Source of the DNA: Rhodoferax sp.
GTDB lineage: Bacteria; Pseudomonadota; Gammaproteobacteria; Burkholderiales; Burkholderiaceae_C
NCBI RefSeq assembly: GCF_018063565.1
Contig: NZ_JAGPBB010000008.1
Location: 5,282 to 69,281, forward strand
Length of the DNA stretch: 64,000 nucleotides
Reading direction: 5' to 3'
In this document: positions 48,060 to 59,422 of the stretch, in pieces
How the letters are laid out: each line of letters opens with the position of its first letter
Numbering within the stretch: the first letter of the stretch is position 1
Notes under the pieces: model-generated
Told to the model about the DNA's origin: nothing
Databases searched by the model: none
What the model saw: the letters and a program-made list of their open reading frames with translations, nothing else
Translations under genes and position numbers: made by a program

Positions 48060-49024
48060 TGGCCATGATCCAATGGTTCCCTGGCCATATGCACCTGACG
48101 CAAAAGGCCATTGCCGAACGCATCAAGAACATTGACGTGGTGATTGAACTGCTCGATGCACGCCTGCCCGCCTCCAGTGCCAACCCGATGCTGGCACAGC
48201 TGACCCATGGCAGGCCGACGCTGAAGGTATTGAACAAGCAGGATCTGGCTGACCCGGACTGCACACAACTGTGGCTGGGGCACTTCAACGCCTTGCCCGG
48301 TACCCGCGCCCTAGCGCTGGATGCCAGTGCTGCTGCACCGGCCAAAGCCCTGATTGCCGCCTGCCATGACCTCGCGCCCACCCGGGGTGGCATGGCCAAG
48401 CCGATGCGGGTGTTGATTTGTGGCATTCCCAATGTTGGCAAGTCCACCCTGATCAACACCCTGACGGGACGGCGCGCAGCCAAGACGGGTGACGAAGCCG
48501 GTGTCACCAAGCTGGAGCAGCGTATTGCCTTGGCCCCCGACTTCTACCTGTACGACACACCCGGTATGCTGTGGCCACGCATCATCGTGGCCAAAAGTGG
48601 CTATAACCTGGCGGCCAGCGGCGCGGTGGGACGCAATGCGTTTGACGAGCAGGAAGTGGCGCTGGAGCTGTTGGACTATCTGCGCCAGCACTACCCGACG
48701 CAGCTGGAAGCACGTTTCAAGCTGCAGTCGGTGGCGACCATGAGCGATGAGCAGTTGCTTGAAGCGATTGGCCGCCAGCGCGGTGCTTTGCAGGGTGGGC
48801 AGAGGGTCAATCTGCAAAAGGCCGCCGAGATTGCCATTTTTGACTTTCGATCGGCCGTGATCGGTCGCATCAGCCTGGAAACACCAACAGAGTTTGCGCA
48901 GTGGCTGGCGGCGGGCCAGACGCTGGATGCGCAGCGCCAGCGCAAGAAAGACGCGATCGAGCTTGACCGCAAGATCCGTTTCCGGCAGTTGCCAAGGCCT
49001 GATGTGCGCGGAGCCTTCAAATGA
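48059..49024 (+). CDS. rbgA: Ribosome biogenesis GTPase A (YlqF/RbgA)
   Basis: IQWFPGHM and circularly permuted G motifs (LNKQDL ... GIPNVGKSTLIN ... DTPG). Confidence 0.92.
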   Translation: MAMIQWFPGHMHLTQKAIAERIKNIDVVIELLDARLPASSANPMLAQLTHGRPTLKVLNKQDLADPDCTQLWLGHFNALPGTRALALDASAAAPAKALIAACHDLAPTRGGMAKPMRVLICGIPNVGKSTLINTLTGRRAAKTGDEAGVTKLEQRIALAPDFYLYDTPGMLWPRIIVAKSGYNLAASGAVGRNAFDEQEVALELLDYLRQHYPTQLEARFKLQSVATMSDEQLLEAIGRQRGALQGGQRVNLQKAAEIAIFDFRSAVIGRISLETPTEFAQWLAAGQTLDAQRQRKKDAIELDRKIRFRQLPRPDVRGAFK

Positions 49025-49923
49025 AGTTGAAACTGCCGGTCTTTCCAGAAAAAAACGATCCCCGGCCGCTGGTGATTTATCACGGCAATCATTGCCCCGA
49101 CGGGTTCGCCGCAGCACTGGCGGCCTGGCTCTATTTTGGTGGACAAGCCGAGTTTGTAGGTCTGGACCATGACGATGTGCGTACGGTGGAGGATTTACCC
49201 GAACTCAGGGCGAGGGCGGTTTATGTCCTGGACTTTGCGTTCTCTGAGGCGGTTTTGCGGGATGTTGATTGCCGTGCGGCCAAGCTGGTTCTGCTTGATC
49301 ACCACTTGAGCGCCGCTGAAAAACTGTCCGGTTTCCAGTGTCGCTGCGGGGCAGTGCACTTTGATGTCGAGAAGGCGGGTGCGCGCCTGGCCTGGGAATT
49401 TTTTTACCCGGATGAACCCTTGCCCGATCTGGTTCGTTATGTGGAAGACCGTGACATCTGGGTCTGGCAGTATCCTGAAAGCTCAAGTTTCCTGGCCTCA
49501 CTGGACATGGAGCCGTTTGAGTTTGCCCGCTGGCATGCAATTGCCAAACTTGACGCAACCGGCCTTGCGGCCTATATCACCCGTGGTGAAGCGATGGACG
49601 CCAAATTCAAGCAGTTGGCGGTCCAGATTGCACAGCAGGCGCACACCTTGCGTTTCAACGGTGTTGACGGTTGGATGGTGAATGCGCCAGGTGTTTTCCA
49701 CAGTGAGGTGGGTCACCTGCTGTGCCAGCGATCAGGCAGTTTCGCCCTGATGTGGACACTTGACCGCAAGGGGCAGGTCAAATGTGGTCTGCGCTCCCGC
49801 GGCAACTTCAGTTGCATCGCGCTGGCTGAGAGCATGGGCGGTGGCGGGCACGCCCAGGCCGCAGCGTTCAGAATGCCCTACCAGCGCCTGACCGAAATGC
49901 TGGGCGGCACGCTGAATGCCTGA
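49021..49923 (+). CDS. DHH/DHHA1-family phosphoesterase
   Basis: YHGNHCPDGFAAA (DHH motif I/II-like), DHH (LLDHHLS) and GGGHAQAAAF (the DHHA1 GGGH motif). The ATGA overlap with the rbgA stop suggests coupling. Confidence 0.65.
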   Translation: MKLKLPVFPEKNDPRPLVIYHGNHCPDGFAAALAAWLYFGGQAEFVGLDHDDVRTVEDLPELRARAVYVLDFAFSEAVLRDVDCRAAKLVLLDHHLSAAEKLSGFQCRCGAVHFDVEKAGARLAWEFFYPDEPLPDLVRYVEDRDIWVWQYPESSSFLASLDMEPFEFARWHAIAKLDATGLAAYITRGEAMDAKFKQLAVQIAQQAHTLRFNGVDGWMVNAPGVFHSEVGHLLCQRSGSFALMWTLDRKGQVKCGLRSRGNFSCIALAESMGGGGHAQAAAFRMPYQRLTEMLGGTLNA

Positions 49924-49938
49924 GAGCGAGGGCTCTCA
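49921..49938. terminator. Short hairpin spanning the two convergent stop codons
   Basis: TGAGAGC-gagg-GCTCTCA (7-bp stem). There is no U-tract, so terminator function is uncertain. Confidence 0.3.
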
Positions 49939-50520
49939 GTCCAATCCCAGCAGCTGGGCCAGTGGCGCGGTTTCCAAGGCGCCGTTGTGACTCACCACCT
50001 CGCCGGTGCGACGGTTCTTGGCCAGCACAAAAGGCACCGAATCCACGCCCAGCGAAACCAGCAATTGCGTGTTGGCTTTGACAGCCTGCTCCAGCTCGGG
50101 CGCAATGCTGCTCGACGCCGACATGCCACCGGTGCCGGCAAGCAGGGAAGTTTCGTGTGCTGTCATGGCTTCGACCGGGTTGGCGGCCGACATCAAGGCG
50201 GCAGCCTGCGCCAGGCTTTTGCCTGCGTTGAACGCAATGGGTACCCAGACAAATTTGACCTTGCTGTGCAGCGGTAACGAGGCATTCCAGAGGTGACCGC
50301 AATGTGGGCATTGTGGGTCGAACAACACGTACACCGGCTGAGCACTCATCAACGCACCCACGGTAAACCCTTTGGCGGTGGCGGCAACGGTGTCGTAACT
50401 GTTGGCACCGATGGGAGCCGCCGCAGTGGCGGCGGCAGGCGGAGCGTCGCCCTTGGAGCAGGCACCAAGCCCACAGGCCAGACCAGCGATCAAGGCCAGC
50501 GTCAGAGTGATAGATTTCAA
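49936..50520 (-). CDS. Thioredoxin-fold DsbC/DsbG-like lipoprotein
   Basis: A TTG start preceded by AAGGAAA gives a lipoprotein signal (LKSITLTLALIAGLAC). The CPHC active site is present (FDPQCPHCGHLW). The ATG at 50601 would add a non-signal leader. Confidence 0.7.
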   Translation of the reverse strand: MKSITLTLALIAGLACGLGACSKGDAPPAAATAAAPIGANSYDTVAATAKGFTVGALMSAQPVYVLFDPQCPHCGHLWNASLPLHSKVKFVWVPIAFNAGKSLAQAAALMSAANPVEAMTAHETSLLAGTGGMSASSSIAPELEQAVKANTQLLVSLGVDSVPFVLAKNRRTGEVVSHNGALETAPLAQLLGLD

Positions 50521-50590
50521 TTGGTTTCCTTCAAACAAGTGAACATTGCCGCTATTTTCGCAGCGATGCCACCGGTCTGCATGAAACCGG

Positions 50591-53317
50591 TCAAACCGCA
50601 ATGGCGGCCTGTGCTGCGGCGAGTCGCGCGATCGGCACCCGGTACGGCGAGCAGCTCACATAGTCCAGACCGGCACGGTGGAAAAACGCCACTGAGGCGG
50701 GATCGCCCCCGTGTTCGCCGCAGACCCCGACCTCGATGTGGGGGCGCACACTGCGGCCTTTCTGCACCGCCATCTGCACCAGCATGCCAACCCCGGACTG
50801 GTCGATACTGCGAAACGGGTCCTGGTCGTACACACCGTTCTTGAGGTAGTCCGGCAAGAACTTGGCCGCGTCGTCGCGTGAGAACCCCAGCGTCATCTGC
50901 GTCAGGTCGTTGGTGCCGAACGAGAAAAATTCGGCCACTTTGCCAATGCTGTCGGCCACCAGGGCGGCACGCGGCGTCTCGATCATGGTGCCCAACAGGT
51001 AGGGCAAGACCTCACCCCGTTCGGCAAACACGGCGTCAGCCACGCGCCGGATCACAGCCGCCTGCAGGTTGAATTCGCGTGCTGTGCCCACCAGCGGGAC
51101 CATGATTTCGGCCTTGACATCGATGCCCCTGGCGCGCATGTTCAGCCCCGCCTCCAAAATGGCGCGCGCCTGCATTTCGGTGATTTCGGGGTAGCTGATG
51201 CCCAGCCGGCAGCCGCGGTGCCCCATCATCGGGTTGAACTCGTGCAACTCGTCCACCCGCATCTTGATCTTGCCCAGCGACACCCGCATGTCAGCCGCCA
51301 TCACGCGCTGTGACGCGTCGTCCTGCGGTACAAACTCGTGCAGCGGCGGGTCGAGCAGGCGAATGGTGACGGGCAAGCCGTTCATGGCGGCAAACAGGCC
51401 TTCAAAATCACCGCGCTGTATCGGCAGCAGCTTGGCCAGCGCTTTGCGGCGACCGGCCTCGTCGTCAGCCAGAATCATCTCGCGCACCGCCACGATGCGC
51501 TCGCCCTCAAAAAACATGTGCTCGGTACGGCATAACCCAATGCCGGTGGCACCAAAACTGTGGGCCATGCGGGCTTCTTCCGGGGTGTCGGCATTGGTGC
51601 GGACTTCCAGGCGTTTGTAGCGGTCGCTCAGGGCCATCAGGCGGCCAAAATCGCCACTGAGCTCGGCCTCTTTGGTGGTGAGTTTTCCCTCGAACACCTC
51701 GCCGGTCGAGCCGTTGAGCGAAATCCAGTCGCCCTCAGCGTAGTCCACGGCGCCGATGGTCATGGTACGGGCTTTCATGTCGACGTGCACGGCCCCTGCG
51801 CCCGAGACACAGCACTTGCCCATGCCACGCGCCACCACGGCGGCGTGCGAGGTCATGCCGCCGCGCGCCGTCAGAATGCCTTTGGCCACGCTCATGCCGC
51901 GCAGGTCTTCGGGGGAGGTTTCCTGGCGTACCAGAATCACGGCTTTGCCCTTTTTGGCCCAGGCTTCGGCTTCGTCAGCAAAAAACACGATCTGACCGGT
52001 GGCTGCACCGGGTGATGCCGGCAGGCCCCGCGCAATGGGCACGGCAGACGCCAGCGCCTTGGGGTCAAAAATGGGGTGCAGCAGTTCGTTGAGCCGGTCC
52101 GGGCTGACACGCTGCAGCGCGGTCTTTTCGTCGATCATGCCTTGCTGCAGCATCTCCATGGCGATGCGCACCATGGCCGCGCCGGTGCGTTTGCCATTGC
52201 GGGTTTGCAGCATCCAGAGCTTGCCCTCCTGGATGGTGAACTCGATGTCCTGCATGTCCTTGAAGTGGTTTTCCAGCGTGGTCTCAAAGTGCAAGAGCTG
52301 TGCGTAAATCTCAGGCATCAGCTCTTCCAGCGACGGGAAACTGTGCGCCCGCTCGGCCTCGTTCACCTGTGCCAGTTCAGCCCAGCGGCGTGAACCCAGC
52401 AGCGACACCTGCTGCGGCGTGCGCACCCCCGCGACCACGTCTTCGCCCTGTGCGTTGACCAGAAACTCGCCGTTGAACAGGTCCTCACCGGTGCCCGCAT
52501 CACGCGAGAACGCCACTCCAGTGGCGCTGTGGTCACCCAGATTGCCAAACACCATGGCCTGCACGTTGACGGCCGTGCCCCAGGACTGCGGAATGTCGTT
52601 GAGCTCGCGGTAAACCCGGGCCCGGTCGTTGTTCCAGCTCTCAAACACCGCCCAGATAGCACCCCACAGCTGTTCCCAGGGGTCAGTCGGAAAGTCATGG
52701 CCGGTGCGGGCACGGATCAGCGATTTGAAACGTTGCACCAGTTCTTGGAGGTCGTTGGCATCGAGGTCGGTATCGAGCTGCACGCCGCGTTTTTCCTTGA
52801 GCATGTCAATGATGACCTCAAACGGGTCGTGCTCTTCCTTGGACGATGGTTTCAGATTCATCACCACGTCGCCGTACATCTGGATGAAGCGGCGGTACGA
52901 GTCCCACGCAAAGCGTTCGTTATTCGCCTTTGCAGCCAGGCCCAACACGGCCTGATCGTTGAGCCCCAAGTTCAAAATGGTGTCCATCATGCCGGGCATC
53001 GAGGCGCGTGCCCCCGAGCGCACTGACAGCAACAAGGGATTGGTGGCGTCGCCAAACTTGCGGCCCATTTCGGCCTCTACAAAAGCCACACCCTGCAACA
53101 CCTGCGCCTCGATCAGCGCCAGCACCGGCGCGCGTCCGCGCTGGGTGAACCCGGTGCAGGCCTCGGTGCTGATGGTGAAGCCCGAGGGCACCGCAATACC
53201 GAGTCGGCACATCTCGGCCAGGTTGGCCCCTTTGCCGCCCAGCAGATTCTTCATCTCGGCACCACCTTCGGTGCGGCCGCTGCCAAAAAGATAGACAAAT
53301 TTGGATGATGCGTTCAT
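50591..53317 (-). CDS. ppdK: Pyruvate, phosphate dikinase
   Basis: MNASSKFVYLFG..GGKGANLAEM.., the phosphohistidine motif GGMTSHAAVVARGMGK, and the C-terminal PEP-utilizer motifs FFSFGTNDLTQ and CGEHGGDP. An AGGAGA RBS precedes ATG 53317. Confidence 0.95.
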   Translation of the reverse strand: MNASSKFVYLFGSGRTEGGAEMKNLLGGKGANLAEMCRLGIAVPSGFTISTEACTGFTQRGRAPVLALIEAQVLQGVAFVEAEMGRKFGDATNPLLLSVRSGARASMPGMMDTILNLGLNDQAVLGLAAKANNERFAWDSYRRFIQMYGDVVMNLKPSSKEEHDPFEVIIDMLKEKRGVQLDTDLDANDLQELVQRFKSLIRARTGHDFPTDPWEQLWGAIWAVFESWNNDRARVYRELNDIPQSWGTAVNVQAMVFGNLGDHSATGVAFSRDAGTGEDLFNGEFLVNAQGEDVVAGVRTPQQVSLLGSRRWAELAQVNEAERAHSFPSLEELMPEIYAQLLHFETTLENHFKDMQDIEFTIQEGKLWMLQTRNGKRTGAAMVRIAMEMLQQGMIDEKTALQRVSPDRLNELLHPIFDPKALASAVPIARGLPASPGAATGQIVFFADEAEAWAKKGKAVILVRQETSPEDLRGMSVAKGILTARGGMTSHAAVVARGMGKCCVSGAGAVHVDMKARTMTIGAVDYAEGDWISLNGSTGEVFEGKLTTKEAELSGDFGRLMALSDRYKRLEVRTNADTPEEARMAHSFGATGIGLCRTEHMFFEGERIVAVREMILADDEAGRRKALAKLLPIQRGDFEGLFAAMNGLPVTIRLLDPPLHEFVPQDDASQRVMAADMRVSLGKIKMRVDELHEFNPMMGHRGCRLGISYPEITEMQARAILEAGLNMRARGIDVKAEIMVPLVGTAREFNLQAAVIRRVADAVFAERGEVLPYLLGTMIETPRAALVADSIGKVAEFFSFGTNDLTQMTLGFSRDDAAKFLPDYLKNGVYDQDPFRSIDQSGVGMLVQMAVQKGRSVRPHIEVGVCGEHGGDPASVAFFHRAGLDYVSCSPYRVPIARLAAAQAAIAV

Positions 53318-53432
53318 GCTGCGTCTCCTGAGTTGAACAATCAATCAGTCAACGGGACGGCACCCATGCATGCGTTGTCGAGCAGGGCACCTGGCCCCGT
53401 CAAGCGCAGTATCTACCTGTGAACCAGCAGCG

Positions 53433-53861
53433 TCAAGTGCGCTGAGTCAGCAAAAACGCTGCCAGCTTCTTGTCGGTGTTCATGATGTGCCCGACCAGCC
53501 AGCCATTGAGGAATGACAACAGGTCTTCGCGTGAAATCGGGGTACCGGTTCTCAGACCTTCCCGGACGGCGACCACCTTGGCCGAAAAACTCCGGTGTTG
53601 CTGATGGTGGGCGGCGGCCTCTTCGGGATGGGCCCCGGTGTAATGGTACTGCGCCATCAACTCCTCTTCGGTTTCAAAGTGGTAGATGGCATAGCTCAAC
53701 AGGTCGCGTGTGATTTGCTCCAGCAGTGCCGCATCTCGATTTCCCGCGAGCTGCACCCCAGCATCATTGATGGTTTTGACCAGAATGCGGTGTTGGTCGT
53801 CGATTTCATCGACGCCGGTAACCAGGTCGGTGCTCCAGATGATGGGGTCGTGGCTGTGCAT
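53433..53861 (-). CDS. Bacteriohemerythrin
   Basis: IIWSTDLVTGVDEIDDQHRILV..HFETEEELM..H..H..WLVGHIMNTDKKL are hemerythrin His/Asp/Glu ligand contexts. It starts 12 nt downstream of the GGDEF-EAL-CZB gene. Confidence 0.88.
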   Translation of the reverse strand: MHSHDPIIWSTDLVTGVDEIDDQHRILVKTINDAGVQLAGNRDAALLEQITRDLLSYAIYHFETEEELMAQYHYTGAHPEEAAAHHQQHRSFSAKVVAVREGLRTGTPISREDLLSFLNGWLVGHIMNTDKKLAAFLLTQRT

Positions 53862-53873
53862 GGTGTCTCCTCG

Positions 53874-56258
53874 TCATGCGGTGGTGGGCGTGGCAGTGGC
53901 GTTTTCGTTCGCCAGTCGCATCCGGTTGAGCAGCAGGCGCATCTCTTCATGTTTTGCCGTCAGCAGCAACTCTTCGGCTTGGGCATCGGCATCGAGCCCC
54001 TCGCGCCGATTTTTGCAAAGTTGCCGGGCATGTTGATGAATCGCTTGATGAAGCTCGCCTAGAAGCACAAAATTGGCCGACATCGGCTGATCGTTACGAA
54101 ACGCGCTTTGGTACCAACGACCGAAGCGGCAAAAGCCCGGATCACCAAGTGTGTTGAGCTCGTGATCAGCGGCAGCCCGGCAGTTGTCGTGCAGCAATCG
54201 CTCGATCCAGAGGCGGTGATTGGTCTCGGCCAACAGCAGTTCAAAATAGTCGCGTGACGGCCGTGATGAGAATGACAGTTGCCAGAGCGTGTCGGGCTCA
54301 AACTTGCGATGCCATTCAACGACCTGGCCGGCCGACATCGGCCGTGCCAAATAGTAGCCCTGCATGACCTCGCAGCCCAGTTCCAGCAGCATCAGAACCT
54401 GATCGAGTGTTTCAACCCCCTCGGCGCTAACCCGGCGTTTGAACGCCGAGCCCAGTGCGATAACGCTTTGCACCACCGCCAAGTCCTGCGGGCCGTTGAG
54501 CAGGGTGGCGATAAAACTGTTGTCGATCTTGAGTTCATCCACCGCAAGCCGCTTGAGGTGCGCGAGCGAAGAAAACCCGGTGCCAAAATCGTCCAATGCC
54601 AGTTGCAGGCCCAGTCGATGACAGTCATCGACCACCTGGGCAACGCCGCCAATGTCTTGCATCACCAGACTCTCGGTCACGTCCAGGCCCAGGCGTTGCA
54701 CCAGCGCCGGAGGATGATGGGTCAGAAGCGCCCCGAGGTGTTGCGAAAAGTGGTGATCCAGCAGGTGGCGCCCGGCCACGTTGATGTTGACGGCGATGGT
54801 TTGTCCCTGCAGCTGCCACTGCAGTTGCTGGCGCAATACCTCGGCCAAAACCCACTCGCCGACGTCCCGCACCAGGTCTTCATCGTCGATCAAGGGCATG
54901 AATTCGGCGGGTGTCATGGTACCCAGAATTGGATGATTCCAGCGCAACAGGGCTTCGTACCCCACCACACAGCCCAGTCGGCAGTTGATCTTGGGTTGGT
55001 ACAGCAGCTCGAACTGACCTTTGGACAGTGCCTTGCCAATCTTGCGCATGGTGCCGCTGCGCGCCTGGCTGTGCAGCTCATAGCTGGGATCAAACAATTG
55101 ATAGCGGTTTTTGCCAGCCTTTTTGGCGTGATACATCGCTTCATCGGCCTGACGGATCAGTTGCTCGGGGTCTGAGCCCTCGCCCGGGAAAATCGACACG
55201 CCGATACTGCATGACACCTTGGCAATGCGACCGGTAACCTGGTAGGGTGCTGCCACCGCTTCAAGCACCCGTGTCAAGGCCTTGCGGCATTCGTCGATGT
55301 TGGACAGGCCACCGATCGCCAGCACAAATTCGTCGCCACCCAAACGCCCAGCCAGGTCTTCCTGGCGAATTGACTCACGCAGGCGCTGCGCCACCTCACG
55401 CAGCAACTGGTCACCCGCCTTGTGACCAAACTGGTCGTTCACCGGCTTGAAGCCGTCCAGGTCGAGCATACAGACCGCGATCATTTCGTGCGAGCGTTGA
55501 CCGTGGGCCAGCTTCTGACTCAAGCGGTCGGTCAGCAGGGCGCGGTTGGGCAATTGGGTCAAGGTGTCGAAGTGGGCCACCTGCTCCAGGGTGGCTTGTT
55601 GTTGCTTTTGCAGTGTGATATCGCGCAAAAAACCAAACATGCCACCCTCTGGGGTTTGGTGGCAGGAGATACTGGCCTCCACGTCCCAAAGGCTGCCATC
55701 CTTGCGCCGGTGCCGGGTTTCAAAGCGGTCCCGGCCATTGATTTTCAGGCGCTGTATCCGCAGCTTGATGGCCTCGGGATCCTCCTGGGCTTCCAGGTCA
55801 CGGATGTGCATCGTCAGCAATTCAGCGCGGTCATAACCCGACAACTGCGTGTACATGGGGTTGGCATCGGTGATTTGGCCATCGGAACTCAAGCGCAAAA
55901 AACCATCCATGGAGGTATGTACGACCGAGCGCAGCGTGTCGTGGCTGGTCGACAACTCGGCGTTGATGCCCGACAAGTCACGCAGTCGCGCCTGCAGTTC
56001 CAGCGTCCGATCCGCGATACGGGCCTCGAGATCCGCGTTGAGCCGGCGCAATTGCTCTTCGGCATTCGCCTGCTTGATCAAGGCCAAGCTCAACCGCCAC
56101 AGGCCCAGGGCCACCAGGCCGAGCAACCCGAACAGGAGCAGCATCAGCCCATTCTGCATTGCCGCCGGCCCGATCCACCAAATCAATGCCGTGCTGACGG
56201 CGACCAGAAGCAGCAAAAAACCCGCCATCAAGCGGGGGGCGAGGGGGGTGGGCTTCAA
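53874..56258 (-). CDS. TM - PAS - GGDEF - EAL protein with a C-terminal CZB (chemoreceptor zinc-binding) domain
   Basis: Two TM helices and a PAS domain. RQED I-site plus RLGGDEF. EAL domain (EALLRW, DDFGTGFSS, EGVE, QGYYLARP). The C-terminus HRLW-x25-CRFGRW-x21-HQAIH fits the CZB zinc core. Confidence 0.88.
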   Translation of the reverse strand: MKPTPLAPRLMAGFLLLLVAVSTALIWWIGPAAMQNGLMLLLFGLLGLVALGLWRLSLALIKQANAEEQLRRLNADLEARIADRTLELQARLRDLSGINAELSTSHDTLRSVVHTSMDGFLRLSSDGQITDANPMYTQLSGYDRAELLTMHIRDLEAQEDPEAIKLRIQRLKINGRDRFETRHRRKDGSLWDVEASISCHQTPEGGMFGFLRDITLQKQQQATLEQVAHFDTLTQLPNRALLTDRLSQKLAHGQRSHEMIAVCMLDLDGFKPVNDQFGHKAGDQLLREVAQRLRESIRQEDLAGRLGGDEFVLAIGGLSNIDECRKALTRVLEAVAAPYQVTGRIAKVSCSIGVSIFPGEGSDPEQLIRQADEAMYHAKKAGKNRYQLFDPSYELHSQARSGTMRKIGKALSKGQFELLYQPKINCRLGCVVGYEALLRWNHPILGTMTPAEFMPLIDDEDLVRDVGEWVLAEVLRQQLQWQLQGQTIAVNINVAGRHLLDHHFSQHLGALLTHHPPALVQRLGLDVTESLVMQDIGGVAQVVDDCHRLGLQLALDDFGTGFSSLAHLKRLAVDELKIDNSFIATLLNGPQDLAVVQSVIALGSAFKRRVSAEGVETLDQVLMLLELGCEVMQGYYLARPMSAGQVVEWHRKFEPDTLWQLSFSSRPSRDYFELLLAETNHRLWIERLLHDNCRAAADHELNTLGDPGFCRFGRWYQSAFRNDQPMSANFVLLGELHQAIHQHARQLCKNRREGLDADAQAEELLLTAKHEEMRLLLNRMRLANENATATPTTA

Positions 56259-56326
56259 TATGTTCTGTATTACTTATGATGTGTCAGAAATCATACGACA
56301 AAGCCATGCCTGGCGTGGTGGGTTGC

Positions 56327-56345
56327 GCTTGCTGGTGCAGCAAGC
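56327..56345 (-). terminator. Candidate terminator hairpin after the fadH-isomerase gene
   Basis: GCTTGCTG-gtg-CAGCAAGC is a perfect 8-bp stem, extendable to 11 bp with one bulge, starting 8 nt past the stop. There is no clear U-tract. Confidence 0.35.
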
Positions 56346-56352
56346 CGCAGCG

Positions 56353-59340
<2,988 letters not shown>

Positions 59341-59422
59341 CTACCTAACGCGCCAGTTTATGGGCTTGGCGGCGTTTTGGGCAACCGTGCCGTAGAGTCA
59401 CACCCCTAATGGGCGCTGGCTG

